From positions 4,024 to 68,023 of the forward strand of contig CALRFG010000006.1 in the NCBI GenBank assembly GCA_943356525.1: DNA of 64,000 bases, written 5' to 3'. Each line of letters starts with the position of its first letter. The stretch's first letter is position 1. Shown piece by piece: positions 37,679-48,772 of this stretch. The position numbers and the translations under genes were made by a program. This DNA comes from Candidatus Nomurabacteria bacterium. GTDB taxonomy: Bacteria > Patescibacteriota > Minisyncoccia > Phycocordibacterales > CAIZLB01. Below the pieces are notes generated by a model. That model was not told the DNA's origin and did not search any database. It saw only the letters and a program-made list of their open reading frames with translations.

Positions 37679-37718
37679 GCTTTCCTTTTCTTAGACAGCG
37701 GCTTTTTTTACTAAGGTT

Positions 37719-39884
37719 TTATTTGCTTGCGTTTAATATCTCAACTTTCTTTTCTGGCATTAATTCTACGATTTTATTTGCTATTATTTTTTTTGCTTTT
37801 TTAACTGTAAATTGATTCCAAAATTCTGCTTTAAGTATAAGATCATAATTATAATTTTTATAACCGTCTACCAGAGCTTGAGCTATGTCTGTAACACTTT
37901 TATTGTCATAGTTATTTTTTTTAGCAATCTCAGATAACACACCTATGTAGTAACCATACGAAGTAATGTTTTGTGGTGCATCTTCATATGCTTTTTTTAA
38001 TAAAGCCATTGTTCCATCTAGATCCCCTTTGTTCATAAGTATAATTGCTTTATTATATGCAAAACTTTGTTTTTCTGGTGAAAGTTTATACGCCCTATCA
38101 GCATAAACAAGTGCTTGATCTATGATACCAAGACTTCTATAAGTATTTGATACGAAATAATTATATCTTGCATCTTGATTTTTTTCTTTATCATATTCAT
38201 CAGTCAAATTTTTATATAGCACAGAAATATTTTGCTTTGTTGTACTGGAAACATTTTCTTGTGTCAAAATCTTTGGTAATAAAGTTGAAAGCTGTTCGAA
38301 AGCTTCAAACTTTCCTGAACCACCAAGTTCTAACACATCTTTAAAATCTTTATCTATGGTATTTGTAACACCTTTTGTTTGTAAACCCTTAAGTATACCT
38401 ATTAACTTTGTATTTTGAGTATAAGGTTTCAGTATAGTTTGATAACCAATATATGAAATAGCTATCAGAGAAATTATTCCTATTAAGATAATTTTATTTT
38501 TATCATCTTCAGTTAGGTTTTTATGTTCTATTTTTTCATTTCTGTCATGTGTATATCTATCATTTATATATGCCAGTATTAGGAAAAATAATACATAACT
38601 TGAAAGGTTGTCGAACACAAATATGTTATGGATAAAATACGCTGCCAATAGTCCAAGCCATACAGATCTCTCTATGATAGTAAGACCTGCACGCTTCGAA
38701 AATATAAAATACAAAGCTGTGACAAATAGAGACAAATACCCAAGTAGTCCTAGTACACCCGCTGCGGTCAACCAGTCCATAAACACATTATGCGATCTAT
38801 CAAACCACTGTTCTTGAGCATACATACCTGGATTGTAGTATTTTGCAAAAACATAACCAAAGTTATCTTGTCCCCAACCTAGAAGTGGTTTTTCTTTCAC
38901 ACCTTCATATGCCATGTGCCATATTAGAGTACGAGCTTCTCCTTGATTTTTCAAAACTGACTTATAATCTGTAGTTATAAGTGCTGCAAAACGATTTAGC
39001 TGATTTGAGTTTTTTACAAAATCAGATTGTTTGAAAATACCTAAAAACATAACTGAAACGACAACAGTAGTTAAGAATCCTATAGCTCCAAAACGGATGA
39101 TTTTATTTTTCTCCTTCCATGCAAGATAAACTGACGCAAGTATAAGACCTACAACCAATCCAACAAATGCTCCTCTAGTTCCTGTCTTCAATAGTATAAA
39201 TAGATTGAATGCAGCAACTCCTATATATAGAGCGATTGAAACCCAGTTATTTGTGTTTAGTTTTTTGGCCGACTTATGTTCACCAGACTCAAGAAGCTCT
39301 GCCTCCCTATTTCCTCTAAAAATCATAGCAGCTCCTAAAAGACCAAAAAATACATGTATAAGGGCATATACGCCCAAGTAAGATGAGTTACCTAGGTGGC
39401 CTGATATACGATCAGCTGCTCCAGTCGAATTACCTAAAGCCTGTATACCAATAAAAATAGATATGACTATTGATATGTTCAACAAATATATCCACTCGCG
39501 ACGTCTTATAGCAGAAGCGGAGATAATAAATAAACCCGCCATGTAAAGCATGGTTACCAAACCTTCCATACGTTCAAAATTTGACCATAGACTACGTGTA
39601 GGGTTTACACTGTTTAACATTGCTAAAAACAAAATAAACATAAAACCGCCCATAGCATATAGCATGACTGATTTTTTAGGACGAGAATCTTTATCAATAA
39701 GTGCAAGAGCAATATATGATACAGATGATAATGCAATCATAAGCCTCATAAAAATTGCTTTTCCGGTTATATATGGAAAGAATAATTCTCCAGAAAAAAT
39801 AAAAGGTGTTAATAATGTAGAGCCAATCAATATTATAGTGATAACTCTTAGTATTTTTTTAATGTCTTGTATTTGTGTATTCAT
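37719..39884 (-). CDS. O-antigen ligase/polymerase-like (Wzy_C) membrane protein with C-terminal TPR repeats
   Basis: About 10 TM helices including LKTGTRGAFVGLVVGLI (Wzy_C-like). C-terminal TPR-like repeats of about 250 aa. Confidence 0.55.
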   Translation of the reverse strand: MNTQIQDIKKILRVITIILIGSTLLTPFIFSGELFFPYITGKAIFMRLMIALSSVSYIALALIDKDSRPKKSVMLYAMGGFMFILFLAMLNSVNPTRSLWSNFERMEGLVTMLYMAGLFIISASAIRRREWIYLLNISIVISIFIGIQALGNSTGAADRISGHLGNSSYLGVYALIHVFFGLLGAAMIFRGNREAELLESGEHKSAKKLNTNNWVSIALYIGVAAFNLFILLKTGTRGAFVGLVVGLILASVYLAWKEKNKIIRFGAIGFLTTVVVSVMFLGIFKQSDFVKNSNQLNRFAALITTDYKSVLKNQGEARTLIWHMAYEGVKEKPLLGWGQDNFGYVFAKYYNPGMYAQEQWFDRSHNVFMDWLTAAGVLGLLGYLSLFVTALYFIFSKRAGLTIIERSVWLGLLAAYFIHNIFVFDNLSSYVLFFLILAYINDRYTHDRNEKIEHKNLTEDDKNKIILIGIISLIAISYIGYQTILKPYTQNTKLIGILKGLQTKGVTNTIDKDFKDVLELGGSGKFEAFEQLSTLLPKILTQENVSSTTKQNISVLYKNLTDEYDKEKNQDARYNYFVSNTYRSLGIIDQALVYADRAYKLSPEKQSFAYNKAIILMNKGDLDGTMALLKKAYEDAPQNITSYGYYIGVLSEIAKKNNYDNKSVTDIAQALVDGYKNYNYDLILKAEFWNQFTVKKAKKIIANKIVELMPEKKVEILNASK

Positions 39885-39921
39885 GCGGAGTATTATAACA
39901 TGTATTTTAAAGAGATAATAT

Positions 39922-41226
39922 ATGAATAAACTTAAACAAAGGATAAAAGAAAAATGGGGTGAGGCTGGGTTTCAGAGGTATTTTCGGAATACGGGGTGGA
40001 TGTTTGGAGCTAGAGTGTTGACACTTTTAATTAATCTTTTTGTAAGTATATTCATAGCCAAACAGCTTGGACCAGAACAGTATGGTACTTTTTCTTTTAT
40101 AATAAGTTTTGTGAGTATTGCAGGTTTTACCCTATTTGCAATTGATTCACTTGTAATGAAGAGGCTAAATGAAGATAAAGATAGTACTGATAAGATATTA
40201 GGTTCAGCTCTTGCTATAAAGTTTGTAAATAGTTTATTTACCATAACCACAGCAACACTCGCAGGTTTAATTTTTGCAAATACATCAACTACAGTATTGA
40301 TGATATTTGTATATTCAACCTTTACAATATTTCAATCTTTTGGGGTTATAGATTTTTACTTTAAAATAAATGTACAAAATAAACCAATATCAATATTGAG
40401 TATTGTAGTAGTATCACTTTCATCTGTAATCAAGATCGGGATATTATACTATAATCTACCTTTGGTATACCTATTGTTATCTTATGTATTAGATCATATT
40501 ATAGGTGCAATTGGATATATATATTTATACAAAAAATACGTTGGTAGTATTTTCAATTTTAGTGTAGAAAAAAATATTGTAAAAGGTTTAATAATAAAAT
40601 CCTGGCCTTTAACCATATCAGCATTGGCAACCACTATATATATAAGAATTGACCAGATTTTTATAAAAGTTTTACTTGGATCAGAATCACTGGGTTTATA
40701 TGCAATAGCAGTAAGATTCTCGGAAGTATGGTTTATTATATCCGAAGTAATGTGTCTTTCTTTATTGCCTGCAATACTAAATGCAGAAAAAACTAATAAT
40801 GAATTATTTTTAAGCAGAAGTAAGAGGTTGTATAGCCTGTTGTTTTATTCAGCAATAGGTGTATGTATAATAATGTATGTAATTTCACCTATACTTATAA
40901 ATACACTGTACGGTGAAGCCTATAGTCAAAGTGTAAATATCCTGAGACTATATATATGGTCTATAGTAGGATTTTTTATAGCAACAGCTTTAAATCAGTT
41001 TTTGTTTGCCAAAGGTAAACTTAAAACCATTCTTTTTATGAATATCATAGGAATGTCTTTAAGTGTTGCGCTTAACTATATTTTGATACCCATTTTAGGA
41101 ATACAGGGTGCTATTTTGGCAAATATAGTTGCATATACATTGCCATTTATAATAATATTATCTTTAAAAAACATGAGAGAGCAAAGAATTACATTTATCA
41201 AAGCTGTAGTAAACCCTTTTACTTAA
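39922..41226 (+). CDS. Polysaccharide flippase, Wzx/MOP superfamily
   Basis: 434 aa, about 12 TM. Typical oligosaccharide flippase architecture. Confidence 0.6.
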   Translation: MNKLKQRIKEKWGEAGFQRYFRNTGWMFGARVLTLLINLFVSIFIAKQLGPEQYGTFSFIISFVSIAGFTLFAIDSLVMKRLNEDKDSTDKILGSALAIKFVNSLFTITTATLAGLIFANTSTTVLMIFVYSTFTIFQSFGVIDFYFKINVQNKPISILSIVVVSLSSVIKIGILYYNLPLVYLLLSYVLDHIIGAIGYIYLYKKYVGSIFNFSVEKNIVKGLIIKSWPLTISALATTIYIRIDQIFIKVLLGSESLGLYAIAVRFSEVWFIISEVMCLSLLPAILNAEKTNNELFLSRSKRLYSLLFYSAIGVCIIMYVISPILINTLYGEAYSQSVNILRLYIWSIVGFFIATALNQFLFAKGKLKTILFMNIIGMSLSVALNYILIPILGIQGAILANIVAYTLPFIIILSLKNMREQRITFIKAVVNPFT

Positions 41227-41229
41227 AAT

Positions 41230-42297
41230 ATGGACAAAAATAAAAACAAAAAAGTTGTTTCCATAATATGGGGTTATCATACCCACATGTACAACCTTGC
41301 GCCTGAAGAAAATTATCATTTACATTTTTTAAAAGTAGCCAAAGAATCAGGTTTCAAGCCTTACGCTATAGTCAAAGGATCTAAAGAAAATATGGAAAAT
41401 GATCCTAACTTTGACAAAGATATAGAGGTTATTGATTATAAAAATATCTTTCAGTTTTTATTCTTAATCATAAAATTTTCATTTCAAAATACTCTGTTTT
41501 ATGTAAATAGTTACGAGTGGCAGTCTTTCATGGTTCCCTTTATAGCCAAAAAAACCATATTCATGGCACATACACAACCAAAAAGACAAACCGAGAAAAA
41601 ACAAATGATTCAAAACTTTGTTTATAGATTTTTTACAGCAATAAGATTAAACAATGACACAGAAAAAGATTTTTTGTTAGAACAAGGAACTGATGAAAAA
41701 AAACTGCATGTTGTACCCCTTGTGGTTTCGCAAAGTGTTTTTAAACTTACAAATACTGATATAGGCACAAGAAAGGATTTGGTGTATTTTGGTAACGTTA
41801 CAGAGAAAAAAAATTTACCTACAATATTAAAAGCTTTTGAATTAGTAAAAGAAAAATACCCTGAGATTAAGTTGAATATTATTGGTAAGATACATGATGA
41901 ATCAATCAATGAAGCTATAGATAAATCAGTATTCAAAAAAGATATAGTAAGGTATGGTTTTTTACCTAACAGTACCCTGATTGATGAGATGAATAGAAAT
42001 TTAATATATTTAAATTCATCATTAGATGAAGGTCAATGTGTGGCAGTGTATGACGCAGCTTTGTGTGGATGTGTTCTTTGTTTGCCTAACATAATGTCTT
42101 TTATTGGAGTTTTTAAAGATGTAGCCTTATTTCATGATATATATGACCATGAAAAACTAGCTGAGAACATATTATTTTACGTTAATAACCCTGATATAAT
42201 AAAAAATTATAATAATAAATGTATTAATATGATAAAAAAAGATTATTCCATAGATAGAGTAGAAAATAAATTAACAACACTATTGTCAAAATTTTAA
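41230..42297 (+). CDS. Glycosyltransferase, GT-B fold (group 1 / GT4-like)
   Basis: C-terminal group-1 GT region (..FGNVTEKKNLPTILKAFE..IIGK.. EGQCVAVYDAALCGCV). Confidence 0.55.
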   Translation: MDKNKNKKVVSIIWGYHTHMYNLAPEENYHLHFLKVAKESGFKPYAIVKGSKENMENDPNFDKDIEVIDYKNIFQFLFLIIKFSFQNTLFYVNSYEWQSFMVPFIAKKTIFMAHTQPKRQTEKKQMIQNFVYRFFTAIRLNNDTEKDFLLEQGTDEKKLHVVPLVVSQSVFKLTNTDIGTRKDLVYFGNVTEKKNLPTILKAFELVKEKYPEIKLNIIGKIHDESINEAIDKSVFKKDIVRYGFLPNSTLIDEMNRNLIYLNSSLDEGQCVAVYDAALCGCVLCLPNIMSFIGVFKDVALFHDIYDHEKLAENILFYVNNPDIIKNYNNKCINMIKKDYSIDRVENKLTTLLSKF

Positions 42298-42306
42298 AAT
42301 TAAAAT

Positions 42307-43233
42307 ATGAATAAATTAATATTTAATATCAAAAAAATACTTAAACCTGTATTAAGAAAAATTTCAAATAAAAAAATAAGAGGTGTTTTTATAAATATAA
42401 ATGATCAATTTAATAAACACACATATAATAGTAAAGTTATATTGAAATACTTTGATCAATTTAATTTGAAAGAAATTGATCCTGAAAAATTAGAAGTAAT
42501 AAACTTTTTAAGAAATAATAAGATAAATCTCTTTCCTTATGATTTCATAAAAAAATACAATAGTTCCGATATAAAAATATTCGACGGAGAAAATGGATTA
42601 AAATACGGCCTGTCTAATAATAAAAAAATCTTCTTTAAGAGAAGTTGTTCAGAAAATGAGGCTCAACAGATATTATCTGCTTTAAATTTAGAACAAGACA
42701 ATGAGTCACCTCACAGATATTTAAATGACGATTTTACTGTAGATGAAAATGATATTGTATTAGATATTGGTGCAGCTGAAGGTTATTTTTCATTATTAAT
42801 TGTTGAAAAAGTTAATAAAATTTATATTTTTGAATCAAATCCTGAATTAATAGAAGCATTAAATACCACATTTGAACCATGGAAATATAAGGTTTTTATA
42901 GTAAATAAATACGTATCAAATAAATCAGACGAAATATTCACAACAATTGATGATTTTTTTAAAGATAAAGAACCACCAACATTTCTAAAGGTTGATATTG
43001 AAGGTGCAGAGTATGATTTTATACAAGGTGCCAAAAAACTTTTATCAACAAAAAATCAAATGAAAATTATATTAGCAGCTTATCATAAACATAATGATGA
43101 AATTATACTAAACGAAGAATTAAAAAAATATGGTTTTAAAACTAATTTTTCAAAAGGCTATATGTTATCTATTTGGGATGGTGTTATAAAAGAACCTTAT
43201 TTAAGGAGAGCGTTAATACGAGCACAAAAATGA
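42307..43233 (+). CDS. FkbM-family SAM-dependent methyltransferase
   Basis: DIGAAEGYFS motif and KVDIEGAEYD (FkbM signature). Confidence 0.65.
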   Translation: MNKLIFNIKKILKPVLRKISNKKIRGVFININDQFNKHTYNSKVILKYFDQFNLKEIDPEKLEVINFLRNNKINLFPYDFIKKYNSSDIKIFDGENGLKYGLSNNKKIFFKRSCSENEAQQILSALNLEQDNESPHRYLNDDFTVDENDIVLDIGAAEGYFSLLIVEKVNKIYIFESNPELIEALNTTFEPWKYKVFIVNKYVSNKSDEIFTTIDDFFKDKEPPTFLKVDIEGAEYDFIQGAKKLLSTKNQMKIILAAYHKHNDEIILNEELKKYGFKTNFSKGYMLSIWDGVIKEPYLRRALIRAQK

Positions 43234-44018
43234 TTAAAAACTATATAAATGTAATAATACCAATTATCAAAATATGCAAAAACTGGCATGTAATAATTTT
43301 TAGTAAATTATTTAATTTAAAAATAAAAAACATAGAACTTAAAGATGGGGTTAAATTTAGTGTAGATGGTATAATACCTAAAGCAGATCTATCTATGCTT
43401 GTAGAAACTTGGTTTAATCACGATTACACACCTTTAGGGTTTGAGATTGGTGAAAAAGATTTAGTAATAGATATAGGTGCAAATAATGGTTTTTTTTCTA
43501 TTTTTGCAGCAAAAAAAGCCACAAGTGGACATGTTATATCTTTTGAACCTGTACCTGAATTAGTAAATAAAATCAAAACAAACATAGACTTAAATAAAAT
43601 ATCAAATATTAAACTGGAGCAATTGGCTGTTTCTAACAAAAAAGGACATATTGAGTTTTATATTTCAAAAACCCACAACGGTTGTCACAGTCTGTTTAAA
43701 AGAAGTGCTTCAGATGATAAAATCATAATCAATACAATAAAACTTGAAGATTATTGTTTTGAAAACAAGATACAAAAAATTAATCTTTTAAAAATGGACT
43801 GTGAAGGTGCTGAATATGATATTTTTAATTCCCTATCAGCAAAATTTTTAAAAAATAATATTGAAAAAATTTCAATGGAATATCATGATATTATAGGGGA
43901 GCACAAGCATGGAGAAATTATAAACCAACTAAAAAATAACGGTTTTTCAACAAAAGTTTTAGGTGATTCAAACAGTGGTTATATATATGCATTAAACGAT
44001 AATTTAATTAATAAATAA
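43230..44018 (+). CDS. FkbM-family methyltransferase (ORF-track start 43173 is probably too early; likely ATG at 43230, MIKNY)
   Basis: DIGANNGFFSIFAAKK and KMDCEGAEYDIF. Confidence 0.65.
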   Translation: MIKNYINVIIPIIKICKNWHVIIFSKLFNLKIKNIELKDGVKFSVDGIIPKADLSMLVETWFNHDYTPLGFEIGEKDLVIDIGANNGFFSIFAAKKATSGHVISFEPVPELVNKIKTNIDLNKISNIKLEQLAVSNKKGHIEFYISKTHNGCHSLFKRSASDDKIIINTIKLEDYCFENKIQKINLLKMDCEGAEYDIFNSLSAKFLKNNIEKISMEYHDIIGEHKHGEIINQLKNNGFSTKVLGDSNSGYIYALNDNLINK

Positions 44019-44019
44019 A

Positions 44020-44865
44020 ATGATATCTAAAATCTGGAATAAATCAAAAAAAATAATACCTAACAATATCCACATTTTGGTTAAAAATATATATATTAAA
44101 ATATTCTTATTAATATTTCCAAAAGGTTATTTTAAAAAATTTAATTTTTTAACTATTAAATTTTTAATAAAAGTAAATCCCAAAAACGGACCGGTAGACA
44201 ATGTTATATTATTTGATGGTGTTTTAGATGGAGAGCATTTAGAGAATATTAAAAATATTTTAAGACCGGGTGATACTTTTATTGACGTGGGTGCCAACAT
44301 TGGCCAGTATAGTTTATTTGCATCGTACTGTGTTGGTGTAAAAGGCAAAGTTATAGCATTTGAACCTGTAAAAAATATTTTTAATCAATTTAATGAGAGT
44401 ATTAAAAAAAATTATATAGATAACATAACTTTATACAACAAAGGATGTGGGGATGAAAATAAAAATATATTAATTAATAAAAAAGATGGTGACCTGGGCG
44501 GGTCTAGTATTATAGAACTTGGTTTTGGATCTAAAAAAACAACAGAATTGGTTGAAATAGTTATTTTGGATGATATTTTAATTAATGAAAATAAAGTAGA
44601 TTATATTAAAATAGATGTTGAGGGTTTTGAATATGAGGTTTTACTAGGTTTGAAAAAAACTATTGAAAAATGCAAACCTAGATTATTAATAGAGTATTCA
44701 CCTCATATATATAAGCAAAATAAACCAGAATATCGTGAATTAATTCTAAAATATCTTTTAGACTACAAATACGATATTATAGATCTATCAGATACAAAAA
44801 AAGTTGAATCAGAAAATCATTATAAAGATAAAGATATAGTAATGACTTATTTACTTTGTAAATAG
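44020..44865 (+). CDS. FkbM-family methyltransferase
   Basis: DVGANIGQYSLFAS and KIDVEGFEYEVL. Confidence 0.65.
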   Translation: MISKIWNKSKKIIPNNIHILVKNIYIKIFLLIFPKGYFKKFNFLTIKFLIKVNPKNGPVDNVILFDGVLDGEHLENIKNILRPGDTFIDVGANIGQYSLFASYCVGVKGKVIAFEPVKNIFNQFNESIKKNYIDNITLYNKGCGDENKNILINKKDGDLGGSSIIELGFGSKKTTELVEIVILDDILINENKVDYIKIDVEGFEYEVLLGLKKTIEKCKPRLLIEYSPHIYKQNKPEYRELILKYLLDYKYDIIDLSDTKKVESENHYKDKDIVMTYLLCK

Positions 44866-44904
44866 TATAAAGCAAAACCAAATTTATTAAATAAATACAA
44901 ACTC

Positions 44905-45642
44905 ATGAATAATACACAAAATAACACAAATTTAGCATCTAAAGAATATTGGGATGCGGGTTACGGAAATTTTAAATTCTTTGCTATGCCTAAATCATAC
45001 CCTATATGTAAAGCAATATATGAGTATTTTCCGAAAACTGACAATAAAACTATATTTGAAATTGGTATATTTCCTGGCAGATTCATATATCATTTTGGTA
45101 AATTAGGTTATGAAATAAACGGTATAGATCAAACACCTTATTTAAATGAAATGATAAATTGGTTTAAAACAGAAAATTTTAAAACAGGATATTTTGACGG
45201 AGGAGATTTACTACAAATGAACACAGATAAAAAGTACGATGTAGTTTTTTCTTCTGGTTTCATTGAACATTTTGAAAATTTTCAAGATATAATAAAAATA
45301 CACGCAGATTTGACAAAGCAAGGTGGAATGATTTACATAACTGCTCCAAACTTCGCAGGATCAATACAAAAAATTTTACATAAAACCTTTGATAGAGAGA
45401 GTTTTGATAAACACAATCTCTTGGCCATGGATGTTAAAAAGTGGGAAGATGTTATAGTAAAAGAAGGTTTTGAAATAGTGAAATCTGGATATTTCGGTGG
45501 TTTTGATTTTTGGATAAGTAGTAAAAATAATAACATTTTCAAAAAAATACTAGGAAAAATATTAACAAAAATAACACTAAGATTTATACCGTCTTCGAGA
45601 ATTTATTCACCTGAAATAATATTAATAGCTAAAAAGAAATAA
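44905..45642 (+). CDS. Class I SAM-dependent methyltransferase
   Basis: Motif I-like FEIGIFPGRF. Rossmann-fold MTase length. Confidence 0.5.
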   Translation: MNNTQNNTNLASKEYWDAGYGNFKFFAMPKSYPICKAIYEYFPKTDNKTIFEIGIFPGRFIYHFGKLGYEINGIDQTPYLNEMINWFKTENFKTGYFDGGDLLQMNTDKKYDVVFSSGFIEHFENFQDIIKIHADLTKQGGMIYITAPNFAGSIQKILHKTFDRESFDKHNLLAMDVKKWEDVIVKEGFEIVKSGYFGGFDFWISSKNNNIFKKILGKILTKITLRFIPSSRIYSPEIILIAKKK

Positions 45643-45646
45643 ATAT

Positions 45647-46441
45647 ATGGGAGTAGAATACAATGCATTAAAAGCTTTATCGTTAATTGAATCAAAAAAT
45701 AAATCACTAAAAGACCTAGCAACAATAGGTAGACAAAGCTTGCAAATAAAAGCTAATAAAATATCTTTTTTTAATTTATCGAAAAAAGACAAAGAGGGAT
45801 TAAATAAAGAAAAATTTGCCGATAGGTTGTTTAAGATGATCGGTTTTAATACAGTTCACTCATATGATTTTTCAAATTATGAAGACGCTGATTTTGTACA
45901 TGACATGAATACACCTATAGAAGATATACATAAAGAAAAATACGATATCGTTTTTGATGGTGGTAGTTTAGAACATATATTCAACTTCCCTATAGCTATA
46001 AAAAATTGTATGGAGATGGTTAAAACCGAAGGATATTTTATGTCAGTAACAACTTGCAATAACTTCAGTGGTCATGGTTTTTATCAATTCTCCCCTGAAT
46101 TATTTTTTAGAGTTTTTACAGAAGAAAATGGATTTGAGATGGAAGGTGTTTACATAAGTGAAAAAAATAAATGGTATAAAGTCAATGATCCAGAATCTAT
46201 AAAAAGCAGGGTAACTTTCAAAAACAACTATGAGACATATATTATAGTTATAGCTAAAAAAATAAAAATGGCTAATATATTTGAAAAAACACCACAACAA
46301 AGTGACTATGTAGAATGTTGGAAAAAAGAAGAAGAACGTAAAGAAAAAAATGTTAAAAAACTGATTAGAAAAACAAAACAAATGTATAATAAATTATTTA
46401 TAAAATACGATAAAAAGTTTTTTACAAAAATTAAAAAATAA
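45647..46441 (+). CDS. Putative class I methyltransferase-like protein
   Basis: YDIVFDGGSLEHIFNFPIAIKNCMEMVKTEGYF resembles MTase motif II/III. Weak. Confidence 0.35.
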   Translation: MGVEYNALKALSLIESKNKSLKDLATIGRQSLQIKANKISFFNLSKKDKEGLNKEKFADRLFKMIGFNTVHSYDFSNYEDADFVHDMNTPIEDIHKEKYDIVFDGGSLEHIFNFPIAIKNCMEMVKTEGYFMSVTTCNNFSGHGFYQFSPELFFRVFTEENGFEMEGVYISEKNKWYKVNDPESIKSRVTFKNNYETYIIVIAKKIKMANIFEKTPQQSDYVECWKKEEERKEKNVKKLIRKTKQMYNKLFIKYDKKFFTKIKK

Positions 46442-46445
46442 AAAT

Positions 46446-48059
46446 ATGAAAATAGCCATTCTATATGTATGTACTGGTAAGTATGAAATCTTTTGGAAAG
46501 ATTTCTACCTAAGTGCAGAAAAATATTTTGCAACAGATGCAGAAAAGCACTATTTTGTTTTTACGGATAAAAATGAAGTTTTTGACCAAAAAAATAACCC
46601 GAGAATACACAAAATAGACCAACAGGTTTTAGGTTGGCCATATGACACCCTTAAAAGATATGAGATGTTTTCTAATCAAGGATCAGAACTTGAAAAATAT
46701 GACTATATAGTATTTTTTAATGCCAATTTGTTATTCTTAGAAAATGTTACAGCTGAAGAATTTTTACCAACAAAAGACAGTGAGGATATACTAGCTTGCT
46801 TACATCCTGTTTTTTATCAAAAAGATAAAAGAACTTATACTTATGAAAAAAATCCCCTATCCAAAGCTTATATAGATATAAATCAAAATAAAGATTTTTT
46901 CTATTATCAGGGAGCTATAAACGGTGGTAAAACAAAACCTTTTCTAGAGGTTATGAAAAAACTTCAGAAGAATATAGATGAGGATTTGGAGAAAAATATT
47001 ATATCAGTATGGTGGGACGAATCACATTGGAATAAATATTTGGATGAAAATAGACAAAATCTAAAAGTTATATCCCCTTCTTATCTATATCCAGAAAATT
47101 TTAACTTAACATTACAACCAAAATTATTTATAAGAAACAAAGATCAATTTGGTCATCTTGAAAGCATAAGAAATATAAAAATAAAATTATCCAAAACTTT
47201 ATTAAAAAATATTTACAATAGGGTTAAAAATAAAGTTACATATTCTTTGTTTAAAATATACGATAATATATTTTATAATAAAAATAATATATTTAAGTTG
47301 AAAGAGATAGTGTCAAATGATAATAGGAATATATCTGTGATAATAACATATTATAATAGACATGAGACTATACACAAAGCACTGTATCATATATTAAATG
47401 ATAATAGAGTTGATGAAATACTAATAGTGGACGACTGTTCTAAGGCTGAATCTGTAAAATACCTAGAGGAATTTATAAATAAATTAAATAATAAAAAAAT
47501 AAAACTTATAAAAAATGAGGTTAATATGGGTATGTATAAAAATAAAATATATGCTATATCTCAAGCTAAAAATGATTGGATTATATTATTGGATTCAGAT
47601 AATACTATAACCAAAAAATATCTTGACTCTATATATAATGAAAAAGATTGGGATATAAATACAATGTATTGCCCATCATTTGCATGGCCTTTAATAAATA
47701 ATGAAAGTCTTTCCAATAAAACATATACAATGAAAGACATAAAAGATGTACTTATACATGATTCTAAAGATATGAAGCACTTCTTAAATCTTGGGAATTT
47801 CTTTGTTAATAAAAATAAATTTGAAGAATCAATAAAAGATTATAAAGAATGCATACCATATGCGGCTGATTCAATATTTATAAATTATACTTGGCTATGT
47901 AATAATGGAAAATTATGTATACCCAAAAATTGTAGATATATACATAGGGTTAATTCAGATAGTACATGGAAAATAGAAAATGTTAACTCGGCTGTTAAAT
48001 TTGAAAATATAAAAAATGCAATATTAACATTAGAGACAAATCCTAAAAAGATAATCTAA
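46446..48059 (+). CDS. Bifunctional glycosyltransferase: N-terminal GT6 (blood-group A/B-type alpha-1,3-Gal/GalNAc transferase-like) fused to C-terminal GT2
   Basis: GT6 hallmarks: IAILYVCTGKYEIFWKDFY, bacterial NxN motif in place of DxD (FFNANLLF), LHPVFY, YYQGAINGG, VWWDESHWNKYL. C-terminal half has a GT2 fold (ISVIITYYNR..IVDDCS..LLDSDN). Confidence 0.8.
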   Translation: MKIAILYVCTGKYEIFWKDFYLSAEKYFATDAEKHYFVFTDKNEVFDQKNNPRIHKIDQQVLGWPYDTLKRYEMFSNQGSELEKYDYIVFFNANLLFLENVTAEEFLPTKDSEDILACLHPVFYQKDKRTYTYEKNPLSKAYIDINQNKDFFYYQGAINGGKTKPFLEVMKKLQKNIDEDLEKNIISVWWDESHWNKYLDENRQNLKVISPSYLYPENFNLTLQPKLFIRNKDQFGHLESIRNIKIKLSKTLLKNIYNRVKNKVTYSLFKIYDNIFYNKNNIFKLKEIVSNDNRNISVIITYYNRHETIHKALYHILNDNRVDEILIVDDCSKAESVKYLEEFINKLNNKKIKLIKNEVNMGMYKNKIYAISQAKNDWIILLDSDNTITKKYLDSIYNEKDWDINTMYCPSFAWPLINNESLSNKTYTMKDIKDVLIHDSKDMKHFLNLGNFFVNKNKFEESIKDYKECIPYAADSIFINYTWLCNNGKLCIPKNCRYIHRVNSDSTWKIENVNSAVKFENIKNAILTLETNPKKII

Positions 48060-48738
48060 GTACAGCCAATACTCTCACCCACACACCGATCAATCTCATC
48101 TTAATATTACTTTTACGAGTAACTTGATTTTGATGTATACGATAATCAATCAAAAATTCTGACAAATTGTGTCCCTTGCCTATTTTTAGAATTCTAGTCC
48201 ATAATTCATAATCTTCATTGTGTTTAAAATTTTTATAAGGACCAGAAATATTTAGAGTTTTTTTTCTTAAAATAACAGATGGGTGTATAAATGGATTATG
48301 TAATATGGCATATTTTTTTATATCTTTATGATTTATTGGCGGATATTTTAATTCACCAATAATATTATTATTTTCATCTATTGTTCTAGCCCATGAGCCA
48401 CAAATTGAAACATCAACATTTTCATCCATATATTTAACTAATGTTTCAAATCTATTAAAAGCACAAATATCATCTGCATCTATACGTATAACATACTCGC
48501 CTTGAGATTCTTTTATGCCGAGATTTAAAGCCTTAACTATTCCACCATGATTTTGATTTAATATTTTTATACGATTATCATTAAAACTTTTCAAAATATC
48601 ATATGTATTATCTGTAGAACCGTCATCTATTACAATAAATTCAAAATCAAAAAAAGTCTGAGATAGGACACTTTCTATTGTTTTTCTTATATATTTATCA
48701 CCGTTATAAACTGGCATTATCACTGAGATCTTTGTCAT
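48043..48738 (-). CDS. Glycosyltransferase family 2
   Basis: ISVIMPVYNGDKYIRKTIESVLSQTF..FIVIDDGSTDNT and DADD motif. Confidence 0.8.
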   Translation of the reverse strand: MTKISVIMPVYNGDKYIRKTIESVLSQTFFDFEFIVIDDGSTDNTYDILKSFNDNRIKILNQNHGGIVKALNLGIKESQGEYVIRIDADDICAFNRFETLVKYMDENVDVSICGSWARTIDENNNIIGELKYPPINHKDIKKYAILHNPFIHPSVILRKKTLNISGPYKNFKHNEDYELWTRILKIGKGHNLSEFLIDYRIHQNQVTRKSNIKMRLIGVWVRVLAVLRLSF

Positions 48739-48772
48739 ATTTAGATTGTATCAGATATGATATAATAGATAA

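Noticed and set aside
46100-46533. Minus-strand ORFs of 75 and 93 aa overlapping the methyltransferase/GT6 junction
   Set aside because: They are antisense to well-supported plus-strand genes. Their hydrophobic low-complexity translations come from AT-rich sequence.
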